NCBI GenBank assembly: GCA_030390025.1
Contig: CM059432.1
Location: 141,672,001 to 141,736,000 of the forward strand
Source: Squalus acanthias
Lineage: Eukaryota
Reading direction: 5' to 3'
Length of the DNA stretch: 64,000 nt
Below the pieces are notes generated by a model. That model worked only from the letters and a program-made list of their open reading frames with translations, did not search any database and had not been told where the DNA came from. Shown piece by piece: positions 14,093 to 27,705 of the stretch; positions within the stretch are counted from its first letter, which is position 1; each line of letters starts with the position of its first letter. The position numbers and the translations under genes are program-made.

Positions 14093-14645
14093 AACAACAA
14101 CTTGTATTTATATAGCGCCTTTAACGTAGTAAAATGTCCCAAGGCACTTCACAGAAGCGATTATCAAACAAAATTTGACACCAAGCCACATAAGGAGGTA
14201 ATCGGACAGGTGACCAAAAGCTTGGTCAAAGAGGTAGGTTTTAAGGAGCGTCTTAAAGGAGGAGAGAGAGGTAGAGAGGCTGAGAGATTTAGGGAGGGAA
14301 TTCCAGAGCTTAGAATCTAGCCAGCTTAAGGCACGGCCACCAATGGTGGAGTGATTAAAATCGGGGATGCGAAAGAGGCCAGAATTGGAGGAGCGCAGAG
14401 ATCTCGGCGGGTTGTAGGGCTGGAGGAGGTTACAGAGATAGGGAGGGGCGAGGCCATGGAGGGTTTGAAAACAAGAATGAGAATTTTAAAATCAATGAGT
14501 TGCCAGACCGGGAGCCAATGTAGGTCAGCGAGCACAGGGGGTGATGGGTGAATGAGAACTGGTGCGAGTTAGGACACGGGCAGCAGAGTTTTGGATGAGC
14601 TCCAAGTTTACAGCCGGTGCAAGGTGGGAGGGTGGCCAGGAAACC
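14093..14645 (-). mobile_element. L2 3' fragment
   Basis: LADLHWLPV..IDFKILILVFK motif and (GTT)n tail. Confidence 0.85.
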
Positions 14646-14714
14646 AGAATGAGGTCCCCTTGGCTAAGAGGAATCTTTCTTTCTCTCTCATCCCTGGCAG
14701 CTTGCTGGACTGTT

Positions 14715-15740
14715 GAATATATTCAAGATTAAGATAGATAGATTTTTGGCACTAAGGGAATCAATGGATATGGGGATAGAGCGGGAAAGTGGAGTTGATG
14801 TAGAAGATCAGCTATGATCTTATTGAATGGCGGAGCAGGCTCGAGGGGCCGTATGCCTTCTCCTGCTCCTATTTCTTATCTCCCCCCACCGGCCCCTCTT
14901 CCTGTTAGTTGGGAGGGAATATTTCACACTGAAAACACTTGCTCCTACAGCACTGTTCCGCTTTAAGTAACATAAACAGAAGTAAATGTTAAAATTCTTG
15001 GTGTGCGACTAGTTTCATAAACAGCAGATAAATAAATAACTCAATACATCTGTTCTTCCTAACATACAGTTATTCCCATCCAGGAAGAAAACTTTGCTCA
15101 AGAGTTAAAAGAGTTTTTTGCCATTTGAAAGGAACTGGAAAATAAGAACATCCTGTTAGTTCTAATCATTATTAATATGCATAGAATTACACAGAATATA
15201 CAGCACAGAAACAGGCCATTTGGCTCAACCAGTCCATGCCGGCGTTTATACTCCACTCGAGCCTCTTCCCATCCTTCCTCATCTAACTCTATCAGCATCT
15301 ATTCCCTTCTCCCTCATGTGCTTATCTAACCGCCCCTTAAATGCATCTATACTATTCGCCTCAACTACTCCCTGTGGTACCAAGTTCCACATTCTCATCA
15401 CTCTCTGGGTAAAGAAGTTTCTTCTGAATTCCCTATTTGATTTCTTGGTGACTATCTTATAGCGATGACCTCGAGTTTTGCTTTTCCCCACAAGTGGAAA
15501 CACTCTCTGTGTCTACTCTATCAAAATCTTTCATAACTTTAAAGACCTCTATTAGGTCACCCATCAGCAGTGCCACTACATGTCCCATCAGAAGGTAGTA
15601 CTAGTGGGCGTAACACAGCGGGAACATAGGAACAGGATTAGGCAATTCAGCCCCTTGAGCCTGTTCTGCCATTCAATATGATCATGGCTGATCTGTATCT
15701 TAACTCCATCCATCTGCCTTGGCTCCATATCCTTTTATAC
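14715..15740. mobile_element. Cluster of three short CR1 3' ends (14715-14880 +, 15178-15570 -, 15622-15740 -)
   Basis: CR1 3'UTR sequences and RNFFTQRVMRMWNL motif. Confidence 0.78.
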
Positions 15741-16914
15741 AACCAATAATTATGCTACAGTACGACGATAATGTTTTACTACTTTAAAGGCGCCATATAA
15801 ATGCAATTTGTTGTTGTATATATGTAATAAAGTCGAATGATGTAATCATGTAAATAAGTGGAATATAACATTTCTAATGCAATTAACAATCAGTATAAAG
15901 AACATAACTTGCACTTCTACAGCGCTTCCATGTGACAGTAAACAATCTTGCCTCACCCCTTTTATAAGACACGCTCCAGTATATTTTACTTGCACTCTCT
16001 CCAGTGTATTTTACAGATATATTCTGCAGCCCTCGGACACCAATACATTAAATCAAACATTTATTTTGTCAAGGATTAAACGGCAACAAGATCCCAACCT
16101 TTGGGTCTGCCCACCTTCAGCCAGTTCCGCTTGGATCAATATTAAATTGGAAGTGTTGAAGGTTCATTAAATAGCTATCTGATCGCTGCTATTCTCCCAG
16201 CTGTATCCAAGCTACTCCCCCTGTTCGGAGCCTGAACTGGTGCTTCTATGGCTGGCTTCCGACAATTTGCCAGCATCCCAAAGGTGGGTCACATGCAGTG
16301 CTCCTGCAACTCCCCAAGAGTCAGGAGCAAGGACGGAAATAAACACAAGGTCAACTTTTTTCACAGCCAACCAGCTGATGTTAATGAAGAAAAGAGCTGC
16401 AAACCAGCCTTGTGTGCAGCATGAATAAAACAGTGCAAAAATGGTTCTCTCAAGTACAGCAAAAGATTTAGTCATGAGTGCTATTTGTGTCAAATACTGT
16501 TTGCCTGTCTGTGCTCAGAATACAGCAACATATGTTTAAGCATCCACTCCACTCTCTGTCTGTCTCACACACTCACGGGTTTCCTGTGATGCCGCTGTTC
16601 ATGATGAGTCAACGTTTTATAGCACGGTCACACTAAGCCCCAATGAAAACCTTCTGAAGAGAGCCCAAGATTGCACCTCACCCCCACTGGGTATCTCCCC
16701 AACTCACTGTACAACAGGTTGCGTCTCACTGTTTCTACCGCCTTGTGTTAACGGGATCTTCTCCCCGTTCCTCCCTCTCCCAACAGGTTCTCTCTTTCCA
16801 TCCGCCGACCCAACAGGATGGCTTTCCATCTCTCGGCCAAGCCCAAACCAAGTCGCCCCTCCACCCAAGAAATCTCTCATCCATAAGCAGCAGAGTGGCT
16901 GCTATATTAAAAAG

Positions 16915-17870
16915 GACTTAAATGAAGGGACAGAGTGTAATGCATCCAAGTTTGCTGACGATACAAAGCTAGGTGGGAAAGTAAGCTGTGAGGAGGACAC
17001 AAAGAGCCTGTAAAAGGATATAGTCAGGTTAAGTGAGAGGGCAAGAAGGTGGCAGATGGAGTATAATGTGGGGAAATGTGAGGTTATTCATTTTGGTAGG
17101 AAGAATAGAAAAACAGAATATTTTTTAAATGGTGAGAAACTATTAAATGTTGGTGTTCAGAGAGGTTTAGATGTCCTTGTACACGTAACACAGAAAGTTA
17201 ACATGCAGATTCAGCAAGGAATGAGGAAGACAAATGGTATGTTGGCCTTTATTGCAAGGGGGTTGGAGTACAAGAGTAAGGAAGTCTTGCTGCAATTGTA
17301 CAGGGCTTTGGTGAGACCACACCTGGAGTACTGTGTACAGTTTTCATCTCCGTACCTAAGGAACAATATACTTGCCTTAGAGGCGGTGAAATGAAGGTTC
17401 ACTAGATTGATCCCTGGGATGAGAGGGTTGTCCTCTGAGGAGAGATTGAGTAGAATGGGCGGAAACTCTCTGGAGTTTAGAAGAATGAGAGGTGATCTCA
17501 TTGAAACATGTAGGATTCTGAGGGGCTTGACAGGGTAGATGCTGAGAGGTTGTTTCCCCTGGCTGGAGAGTCTAGAACTGGGGGCATAGTCTCAGAATAA
17601 GAGGTCGGCCATTTAGGACTGAGATGAGGAGAAATCTCTTCACTCGGAGGGTTGTGAATCTTTGGAATTCTCTACCCCAAAGGGCTGTGGATGCTGAGTC
17701 GTTGAGTATATTCAAAGCTGAGGTCGATAGATTGTTGGACTCTAGGGAAATCAAGGATATGGGGATTGGGTGGGAAAGTGGTGTTGAGGTCGAAGATCAG
17801 TCATGATCTTATTGAATGGCGGGGCTGGCTCGAAGGGCCGTATGGCCGACTCCTGTTCCTAATTCTCATG
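16915..17870 (+). mobile_element. CR1 3' fragment
   Basis: [10 protein letters not shown] through the 3'UTR, with stop codons. Confidence 0.9.
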
Positions 17871-18409
17871 CTGAAAGTTGGGCGTTTGTTCATCAGAGAT
17901 GGTTTCCTGGGTTTGCAAATATCTGGGCTGGCACTGGTTATATTACACAAACATTATTGGGCCAAATCCCACCAAAACATTTCCTCATAGCTTCTTGCCC
18001 ATCAGCAGTTGCAGGATCATTTCGAGCCAGCCAATATCTTGTTTGTACTGTCAGACTTGGAACTGCAATGCTCCTGCCCAGGCGACTGCTCTCCAAGGAT
18101 CCTTAAGCCCTTTTTATCTTGGAATTGATACTGAACTCCATGTGCTATCAAACTAGCTCCTCAAGGTGTCTCACACTGCTGGGCTCTGAGTCGGGTGGGA
18201 CCGGAGTCCAGAGTTATAATGTAACTTCAGAGTCACTGTGAAGTAGAAGTTTTTTCACAGCATTACTACGGTTGCAGTCTAAGTGCATCCTTACTTATGG
18301 TTCACCGTTTTATAACGGATTGGCTTTCAAAAGTAAATGAAGCATTGAAAGGCAATTGCCAGTTGTAAGTGAATGTACTGTAATTGGCTGCTCTCAGCTG
18401 CAAACCTAA

Positions 18410-19052
18410 GTGAACACTAAGATTGCCTATTTCCACCTCCGTAACATCGCCCGTCTCCGCCCCTGCCTCAGCTCATCTGCTGCTGAAATCCTCGTCTATG
18501 TTTTTGTTACTCTAGATTTGACTATTCCAATGCACTCCTGGCTGGCCTCCCACTTTCTACCCTACGTAAATTGTGCTCATCCAGAACTCTGTTGCCTGTG
18601 TCCTAACTCTCACCAAGTCCCGTTCACCCATCACCCGTGTGCTCGCTGACCCACATTGGCTCTCGGTTAAGCAACGACTTGATTTTAAAATTCTCATCCT
18701 TGTTTTCAAATCCCTCCTTGGCCTTGCCCCTCCCTATCGCTGTAACCTCCTCCAGCCCTACAACCCTCCGAGATGTCTGTGCTCCTCCAATTCTGGCCTC
18801 TTGAGCATCGCCGATTTTAATTGCTCCACCATTGGTGGCCGTGCCTTCTGTTGCCTAGGTCCTAAGCTCTGGAATTCCCTGCCTAAACCTCTCCGCCTCT
18901 CTCCTCCTTTAAGAGGCTCTTTGACCAAGCTTTTAGTCATCTGCCCTAATATCTCATGTGGCTTGGTGTCAAATTTTGTTTGATAACGTTCCTGTGAAGC
19001 GCCTTGGGATGTTTTACTATGTTAAAGGCGCTATATAAATACAAGTTGTTGT
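18410..19052 (+). mobile_element. L2 3' fragment
   Basis: AYFHLRNIARLRPCLS, HWLSVKQRLDFKIL, GGRAFCCLGPKLWNSLP. Confidence 0.87.
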
Positions 19053-19154
19053 GATGCCAAAAAATATTCTGGTTTCACATCAACTACTCTTCAAATAATG
19101 CAAGACTCCAGCTCAGTTTGTAGTGATGCTGAATTTCATTGATGTAAGCATGGA

Positions 19155-19930
19155 TACATAGGAACAAGTGTAGGCCATTCAGCCCCTCGAGCCTGTTCCG
19201 TGATTCAATGAAATCCTGATTGATCTGTATCCTAACTCCATCAACCTGCCTTGGCTCCATATCCTTTAATACCCTTGGCTAGCAAAAATCTATCAATCCC
19301 AGATTTAAAATTGTTAATTGAGCTAGCATCTACTGCTTTTTTTGGGAGAGAGTTCCAGACTTCTACCACCCTTTGTATGAAGAAGTGTTTCCTAACTTTT
19401 CTCCTGAATGGCCTGGCTTTGATTTTAAGGTTATGTCCCCTTGTCCAAGACTCCACCACCAGCGGAAAATGTTTCTCTCTATCTACCCTATCAATTCCTT
19501 TCAAAATCCTAAAACCTAAATCAAATCACCCCTTAACTCTCTATATTCCAGGGACTACAAGCCTATTTTATGTCATCTTTCCTCATAATCTAACCCTTGG
19601 AGCCCTGGTAATATTCTGGTGAATCCGCACTACACTCCTTCCAAGGCCAATATATTCTTTCTGAGGTTTGGTGCCCAGAACTGTACACAGTACTCCAGAT
19701 CTGCTCTAACCAGGGCTTTGTATAGCTGTAGCAAAACTTCCTCCCCTTTATATTCTAACCCTCTAGTTATAAAGGCTAACATTCCATTTGACTTTTTGAT
19801 TATTTTTTGTACCTGACTACTACATTTTAGTGATCTCTTTGGTTCTCCACTGTTGCTAGCTTTTTTCAATATTTAAAAAATACTCGGATGACGGATCTAT
19901 CCTTTTTTTGGTCCAAAATGGATGACAAAG
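19155..19930 (-). mobile_element. CR1 3' fragment
   Basis: LEYCVQFWAP and HFFIQRVVEVWNSLP motifs plus 3'UTR. Confidence 0.88.
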
Positions 19931-21619
19931 TCCTTTGTTGAGCAGAATGATTCACTGCAACTGGCAGATATTCTTGGCAGTGAGCCCTTCAATCGGCAAA
20001 CTATTATGGCCACGATCCAGCCAAAAGCACGTGAAATTCTGAAAAATGTACAACTCCATGGAAATAGTTTGCCAAAAATGTACAACTTCCAGCTCAAGAA
20101 TTCTTTACAATTTATTAGAAAAAAAAGTGTGGGGGGGGGGGAAAAGTACAGAAAATCTTATGAAACTCGTAAGGAAATAGTTTCATCTCTCTGTGGGGCG
20201 CCGTGGCATCTATGTTATTTTCTTAGCTTTATTGTTGCTAAAATAACTACTTGAATTCATTGACGAAAATTGAGGGGGTTATGGATAAGAAATTATTCTG
20301 ATAGGATTGAAAGGGGAGAGAGGGGTGAGGCACATAGCACGCGATTGGTTGGAATGGGAGTGCAGTCACAAGTCTCGCGTTTCATGCAAGTCACTGTCAA
20401 GTGAAGGGTGTGGTCATCTCTACAATAGTGGAAGAAGTTAGAGGGACAGCACATCCAGACTGCCCTTGTATACTCTGAGGAGGCAATTACAGTGTACATT
20501 ATAAGAGATTTGGTACTAGCTCCCCAGATTGCCCTTGACCTTAGAATGGTATGAGGTTTGAAGAGCAGGAACCACAAAAATAAAAATGAGTCATGTCATG
20601 GGTGAAATGAATCTTTAAACATTCCTGCATGCTAACTGGAAATACCTTTCGAGATGCTGTCGTGCCAATGAGTATGCCACAAACAGGAACAAGATGCAGG
20701 TTCAAGTCCCGCTCTACTCAGTTCCTGGTCTGGGCCTCATTGAGCAGGAAGACGACCAGCCCCTTAGCATCTCCCAGTGGGGTGGAGGAGGGAGGATAAC
20801 AGAGGGGAGAGTCAATTGGACATCTCCTGGCACCCAGCTCAAAGTGGCACTGGAAGCAGGCTGGGAGCAGGCAGCGTACTTGCCCTCTTCATTGCTTACA
20901 ATCAAAAGATAAAAAGCATAAAATTATAACCTAAAGTTTAACCAATACATTTCCCACCTGCTGTACAGATATGATTGTCATTTTTATACAGGTGCCGACA
21001 TATGTTGTGAATCTCTTCATATTTGGTAAACAATTCACACTGTGGCCCAACTAGACTTAAATTGGTGCAACATTCTTTAACAGTATATGCACTGGAGTCT
21101 CCATACAGCAAAATAGCAGGATGAAGGGGGAAAAATATATCAAATCTTCAAAATAGTTTACAGTATTGTAACATACCATAAAGTAAGAGCATGAGCACAG
21201 GAACTGGTTTAGACAGTGAACAACATAGATTGAAACATTGACAAAATACTGTACACTATGTAAAGTATTTAACGTGTTAAACTGGCTCGTTACTTACAAA
21301 ATACTTGAAAACTGCAGGACATTGTCTTTCTCGCCTTCAGGCAGTTATCTTTACTTGTTCAATTATTCGTTGCATAATCTGTAAGCCATCAACATCATTT
21401 AATGTTACAGAAAATCTAGACAGTCTGTTCACCATTGGCGCTGCCTGGCAGGAGTCGATGACAGGTTCATACACACTGTCATCATCATCCTCTTCCTTAC
21501 TTTGAATCCTTTCTGCACTGACAGCAGAACTGATTTCAACATCTGGAAACTCAGCACAGGTCTCAACAATCATCTACACTCACTTTTTGGTCAACGGCAA
21601 CATTGCAGCAGTTAGGGCT

Positions 21620-23520
21620 TCCAGGTCCTCCTTTACACCCCCATCTCCCGTCCACCCCCGCCTCCTTTACAACCCCCATCTCCCCCGGTCTCCTTTAAAT
21701 CCCCCCCCACCCTCCCGGTTACACCCCGCCCCGTCCCGCCCCACCCCACTCCGGTCTCCTTTACACACCCCTCCCCCGCCCCCGCCCCACCCGGTCTCCT
21801 TTACACCCCACCCCGGTCTCCTTACACCCCCCCCCCCCGTCTCCTTTACACTCCCCCCCCCCCCCCGTCTCCTTTACACTCCCCCCCCCCCCCCGTCTCC
21901 TTTACACTCCCCCCCCCCCGTCTCCTTTACACTCCCCCCCCGTCTCCTTTACAACACTCCCCCCCCCCCCCGTCTCCTTTACACTCCCCCCCCCCCCCCG
22001 TCTCCTTTACACTCCCCCCCCCCCCGTCTCCTTTACATTCCCCCCCCCCGTCTCCTTTACACTCCCCCCCCCCCCGTCTCCTTTACACTCCCCCCCCCCC
22101 GTCTCCTTTACACTCCCCCCCCGTCTCCTTTACACTCCCCCCCCCCCCCGTCTCCTTTACACTCCCCCCCCCCCCCGTCTCCTTTACACTCCCCCCCCCC
22201 CCCGTCTCCTTTACACTCCCCCCCCCCCCCGTCTCCTTTACACTCCCCCCCCCCCCGTCTCCTTTACACTCCCCCCCCCCCGTCTCCTTAACACTCCCCC
22301 CCCCCGTCTCCTTTACACTCCCCCCCCCCGTCTCCTTTACACTCCCCCCCCCCGTCTCCTTTACACTCCCCCCCCCCCCGTCTCCTTTACACTCCCCCCC
22401 CCCCGTCTCCTTTACACTCCCCCCCCCCGTCTCCTTTACACCCCCCCCCCGTCTTCTTTACACCCCCCCCCCGTCTCCTTTACACCCCCCCCGTCTCCTT
22501 TACACCCCCCCGTCCCCTTTACACCCCCCCCCCGTCTCCTTTACACCCCCCCCCCGTCTCCTTTACACACCCCCCCCCCCCCGTCTCCTTTACACTCCCC
22601 CCCCCCGTCTCCTTTACACTCCCCCCCCCGTCTCCTTTACACTCCCCCCCCCCCGTCTCCTTTACACTCCCCCCCCCCGTCTCCTTTACACCCCCCCCCC
22701 CCGTCTCCTTTACACCCCCCCCCCCCGTCTTCTTTACAACCCCCCCCCCCGTCTTCTTTACACCCCCCCCCCGTCTCCTTTACACCCCCCCCGTCTCCTT
22801 TACACCCCCCCGTCTCCTTTGCACCCCCCCCCCGTCTCCTTTACACCCCCCCCCCCCGTCTCTTTACACCCCCCCCCGTCTCCTTTACACCCCCCCCCCC
22901 CGTCTCCTTTACACCCCCCCCCCCCCGTCTCCTTTACACCCCCCCCCCCCGTCTCCTTTACACCCCCCCCCCGTCCCCTTTACAACCCCCCCCCGTCTCC
23001 TTTACACCCCCCCCCCGTCTCCTTTACACACCCCCCCCCGTCTCCTTTACACCCCCCCGTCTCCTTTACACCCCCCCCCCCCGTCTCCTTTACACCCCCC
23101 CCCCCGTCTCCTTTACACCCCCCCCCCGTCTCCTTTACACCCCCCCCCCCCGTCTCCTTTACACCCCCCCCGTCTCCTTTACACCCCCCCCCCGTCTCCT
23201 TTACACCCCCCCCCCGTCTCCTTTACACACCCCCCCCCCCCGTCTCCTTTACACCCCCCCCCCGTCTCCTTTACACCCCCCCCCGTCTCCTTTACACCCC
23301 CCCCCCGTCTCCTTTACACCCCCCCCCCCGTCTCCTTTACACCCCCCCCCGTCGTCTCCTTTACACCCCCCCCCCCCCCCGGTCTCCTTTACACACCCCC
23401 CCCGGTCTCCTTTACACCCCCCCCCCCCCGGTCTCCTTTATACACGCCCCCCCCAACCACACCCTCGTCTCCTTTACACCCCATCTCCCCTCGCCATCTC
23501 CCCTCCCCTTTACATCCCCG
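21620..23520. repeat. C-rich minisatellite, unit CCGTCTCCTTTACAC(T)Cn of ~22-27 bp
   Basis: Dozens of repeats of GTCTCCTTTACAC separated by variable poly-C runs; degenerate at both edges. Confidence 0.95.
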
Positions 23521-23997
23521 CCTCATTTCATTTTCCAGGCTTGAAGCTGAGGGAAGGTGGGCAAAGTGAAATGAACACTTCTGACCCTACCAACAATGTA
23601 TAAAGTTCCACAAAGTACTTCCACAGTGCATGGCACTGAGATGAGACAGGAAAATGGCCAGAGATTAACTACTGTTTTGACATCAAGCGTGATGCCCATC
23701 AGTGGCTCTTCCTAAAAATAAACTCCGAAACTGTAAGAAGCACCAGCTCCCCGTCTGATATCTGGGACAGATGCTGCCTGCTGCTGTTCAGTCTGGCTTT
23801 CAGTATCAAGTGGTGATTGTACAGCAGGTCTTGAACCTGCACAGAAGCTGCTGCAAATTGACATTTTTAAGCTGATTTGAAATATGTACTTTTAGTTGTA
23901 AAATTTAGTTTAAAAAAAAACATTTGCTCTGTGTTTCTGAATCTCACTGACAATATAATAAGTGCACAGGGCATTTATGGGTACTTAATTACACACC

Positions 23998-25503
23998 GTG
24001 ACTTGAGCACAAGATCTAGGCTGACACTCCAGTGCGATACAGAAGGGAGTGCTGCACTGGTTGGAGGCGTCGTCTTATGGAGGAGACAAAACGACGACCC
24101 ATCTGCCTTCTCAGGTGGACATAAAAGATCCCATGGCACTATTTCGAAGAAGAGCAGGAGATTGGGCGTAATATACCGGCATGGATTGAAAATTGGTTAA
24201 CAGACAGGAAACAGAGAGTAGGAATAAATGGGTCTTTTTCGGGGTGGCAGGCGGTGACTAGTGGGTTACCGCAGGGATCAGTGCTTGGGCCCCAGCTATT
24301 CACAATATATATCAATGATTTGGATGAAGGAACCAAATGTAATATTTCCAAGTTTGCTGACGACACAAAACTAAGTGGGATTGTGAGTTTTGAGGAGGAT
24401 GCAAGAGACTTCAAGGCGATTTAGACAAGTTGAGTGAGTGGGCAAATACATGGCAGACGCAGTATAATGTCGATAAATGTGAAGTTATCCACTTCGGCAA
24501 GAAAAACAGAAAGGCAGAGTATTATTTGGTGATAGATTGGGAAATATTGATGTACAAAGGGACTTGGGTGTCCTTGTACACCAGTCACTGAAAGCAAACA
24601 TGCAGGTGCAGCAAGCAGTTAGGAAGGCAAATGGTATGTTGGCCTTCATTGCAAGAGGATTTGAGTACAGGAGCAAGGATGTCTTACTACAGTTATACAG
24701 GGCCTTGGTGAGACCACACCTGGAGTAGTGTGTGCAGTTTTAGTCTCCTTACCCAAGAAAGGATATACTTGCCATAGAGGGAGTGCAGCGAAGGTTCACC
24801 AGACTGATTCCTGGGATGGCAGGACTGTCGTACGAGGAGAGATTGGGTCGACTAGGCCTGTATTCACTAGAGTTTAGAAGAATGAGAGGGGATCTCATTG
24901 AAACGTATAAAATTCTGACAGGGCTAGACAGACTGGATACAGGGAGGATGTTTCCCCTGGCTGGGGGGGTCTAGAACGAGGGGTCACAGTCTCAGGATAT
25001 GGGGTAGGACATTTAGGACTGAGATGAGGAGAAATTTCTTCACTGAGGGTGGTGAACCTGTGGAATTCTCTACCACAGAAGGCTGTGGAGGCCAAGTCAC
25101 TGAATATATTTAAGAAGGAGATAGATAGATTTCTAGACACAAAAGGCATCAAGGGGTATGGGGAGAGAGCGGGAATATGGTATTGAGATAGAGGATCAGC
25201 CATGATCATATTGAATGGCGGAGCAGGCTCGAAGGGCCGAATGGCCGACTCCTGCTCCTATTTTTCTATGTTCACACTGGTGTCCTGCTCGATATTTATC
25301 CCTCAACCAACATCACTAAAACAGATTATCTGGTCATTATCACGTTGCTGTTTGTGGGAGCTTGCTGTGCGCAAACTGGCTGCCGCGTTTCCTACATTAC
25401 AACAGTGACTACGCCTCAAAATTACTTCATTGGTTGTAAAGCACTTTGGGATGTCCGGAGATCATGAAAGGCGCTGTATAAATGCAAGTCTTTTTCTTTT
25501 TTT
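23998..25503 (+). mobile_element. DeuSINE (23998-24159 + 25273-25503) split by a CR1 (24160-25272)
   Basis: The SINE core stops at GAAGAGCAGGAG and resumes at ttcacactggtgtcctg; the intervening sequence is CR1 RT to 3'UTR. Confidence 0.85.
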
Positions 25504-25716
25504 CCATATTTGCTATGTATGTCCGGGAGGCCAGTTTTCAACGGTGTAAGAAATGTGAGCAGTGCCTCTGTTATTTCACCCGAGATGCTTCTCATTTAAA
25601 CCGTGTCAGATTGGTTTAGACATCTCCATATGGAGCCCGTGGGAATGCTACAGAGCATTCAAACCAGTCTGGAAATACAAGTGAAAAGAAAAATACTGAA
25701 AATCTGAAACAAACAA

Positions 25717-26178
25717 GTAAGCTGTGAGGAGGATGCAAAGAGGCTGCAAAGGGATATAGACCGGTTAAGTAATTGGGCAAGAAGGTGGCAGATGGAGTAT
25801 AATGTGGAGAAATGTGAAATTATCCACTTTGATAAGAACAATAGAAAAACAGAATATTTTTAAATGATGAGAGATTAATAAATGTTGTTATTCAGAGGGA
25901 TTTGGGTGTTCTTGTACACAAATCACAGAAAGTTAACATGCAGGTACTGCAAGCAATTAGGAAGGCAAATGGTATGTTAGCCTTTATTGCAAGGGGGTTG
26001 GAGTACAAGAGTTAGGAAATCTTGCTGCAATTATATAGGGCCCTGGTGAGACCACACCTGGAGTACTGCCGCATTACAACAGTGACTACACTTCAAAAGT
26101 ACTTCATTGGCTGTAAAGCACTTTGGAACGTTCTGAGGTCATGAAAGGCCCTATATAAATGCAAGTCTTTCTTTTTCT
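25717..26178 (+). mobile_element. CR1 internal fragment (25717-26068) fused to a DeuSINE tail
   Basis: CR1 coding sequence switches abruptly to cattacaacagtgactac...aatgcaagtctttc. Confidence 0.75.
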
Positions 26179-26757
26179 ATGTACAGTGAATTGGCATTTA
26201 AGCACATACTGTGTACAGTTGACAGCAAGCAGAGGAACACAGATAGTTTAACAATACACAGACACTGGGCTGTTTATTTTAGCAGCTAGCACGGAGCTAT
26301 TTTACCTTTATATCACAAAGTTTCACTTGATCTCTTTAACCTGCATAAAAACATCCCAAGCGGTTCTGGCTGAGGAAGGCCATTCAGCCCATCTTATTTC
26401 ATCATGCTAAAAAGATCCTCATTGCAGACTCTTAAATGTGTCCAGGGCTTTTACCTCCACTACTCTATCTGGAAGTCTAGTCCATGCACTGATCGCTCGG
26501 TGCGTGAAGGAGACGCATGGAATATTCAGGCGAAAACCCTGGAATCATTTAACAGGCTACAATGGAGGGACTTTAGAATCTTTCTCAACACATGAATTAA
26601 GATGGGCAGAATGGCATTCCTCGTCCACAATGCTTCTGTGATGGGTGGGTGCAGGTTAAAAACGATCAAGTGAAATTGTGAGTTATACAGCTAAAGTAAC
26701 AGAGTGCTAATCTGCTAAAAAGGAAAGGCCAACTACATGTGTATTGTTCGAAAAGCA

Positions 26758-27049
26758 TTTACGTTGCTTTCATCATTTTTGATAAGGCTTCCGATTTTGT
26801 CCTCTTGCAGTAGCTGAAAACTATAGGAGTACACAGCAGAATCTTGGATTTTATCCGGGATGTGTATTCCAGCTCCAGGATTAGCGGAAGGGTGTCTGGG
26901 AGACTTGCTTGAATACGGAGTGAGGCCCGATTGTCAACCGTCACCCATCCTATTTGATGTCTTCATTGGGGACAGTCTTCAGTCTCTGTTCAGGGTATTT
27001 CTGAACGAACTGCAGCGCTCCTTTTTGTAAATGACATTGTGTTGTTGGG
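26758..27049 (+). pseudogene. Ancient, highly decayed non-LTR reverse transcriptase fragment (RTE/L1-like)
   Basis: Ordered degenerate RT motifs across frameshifts: YVAFIIFDKASDFV (D..KAFD), YGVRPDCQPSPILFDVFI (GVRQGCPLSPLLF), FVNDIVLL (FADD). Confidence 0.5.
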
Positions 27050-27050
27050 G

Positions 27051-27281
27051 ATAAAAACAGAAAATGCTGGAAATACTCAGCAGGTCAGGCAGCATCTGTG
27101 GAGAGAGAAACAGAGTTAACTTTTCAGGTCGATGACCCTTCGTCAGAATGAAGAAGGGTCATCGACCTGAAACCTTAACTCTGTTTCTCGCTCCACAGAT
27201 GCTGCCTGACCTGCTGAGTATTTCCAGCATTTTCTGTTTTTATTTCAGATTTCCAGCATCCGCAGTATTTTGCTTTTGTAT
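27051..27281. mobile_element. Penelope-like hairpin element, family B (hammerhead-like core)
   Basis: Inverted arms centred at ~27148; CTGACGAAGGGTCATCGACCTGAAA on the minus strand; 13-bp TSD TTGTGTTGTTGGG (27037-27049, 27282-27294). Confidence 0.75.
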
Positions 27282-27319
27282 TTGTGTTGTTGGGAATTTG
27301 GTGCACGCCACTGTCCATC

Positions 27320-27705
27320 TTTTTTTTTTCGTTCCTGGGATGTGGGCGTCGCTGGCAAGGCCAGCATTTATTGCCCATCCCCAATTGCCCTTGAGAAGGT
27401 GGTGGTGAGCCACCCGCTTGAACCGCTGCAGTCCGCGTGGTGAAGGTACTCCAATAGTGCTGTTAGGGAGGGATTCCAGGAGTCTGACCCAGTGACGACG
27501 AAGGAACGGCGATATATTTCCAAGTCAGGATGGTGTGTGACTTGGAGGTGGTGATGCTCCCATGCGCCTGCTGCCCTTGTCCATCTAGGTGGTAGAGGTC
27601 GTGGGTTTGGGAGGTGCTGTCGAAGAAGCCTTGGGGAGTTGCTGCAGTGCATCTTGTAGATGGTACACACTGCAGCCACGGTGCGCCGGTGGTGGAGGGA
27701 GTGAA
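27320..27705 (-). mobile_element. 3' end of the second CR1-group LINE family
   Basis: AAVCTIYKMHCSNSPRLLRQHLPNPR, identical to the 59850-59940 region, plus tail. Confidence 0.85.

Noticed and set aside
21337..21573. Acidic 78-aa ORF (EEDDDDSVYEP)
   Set aside because: No family recognised and no splice support; may be decayed transposon sequence.
21587..23544. Proline-rich extensin-like ORFs
   Set aside because: Translation of a C-rich minisatellite; frames depend on homopolymer lengths.
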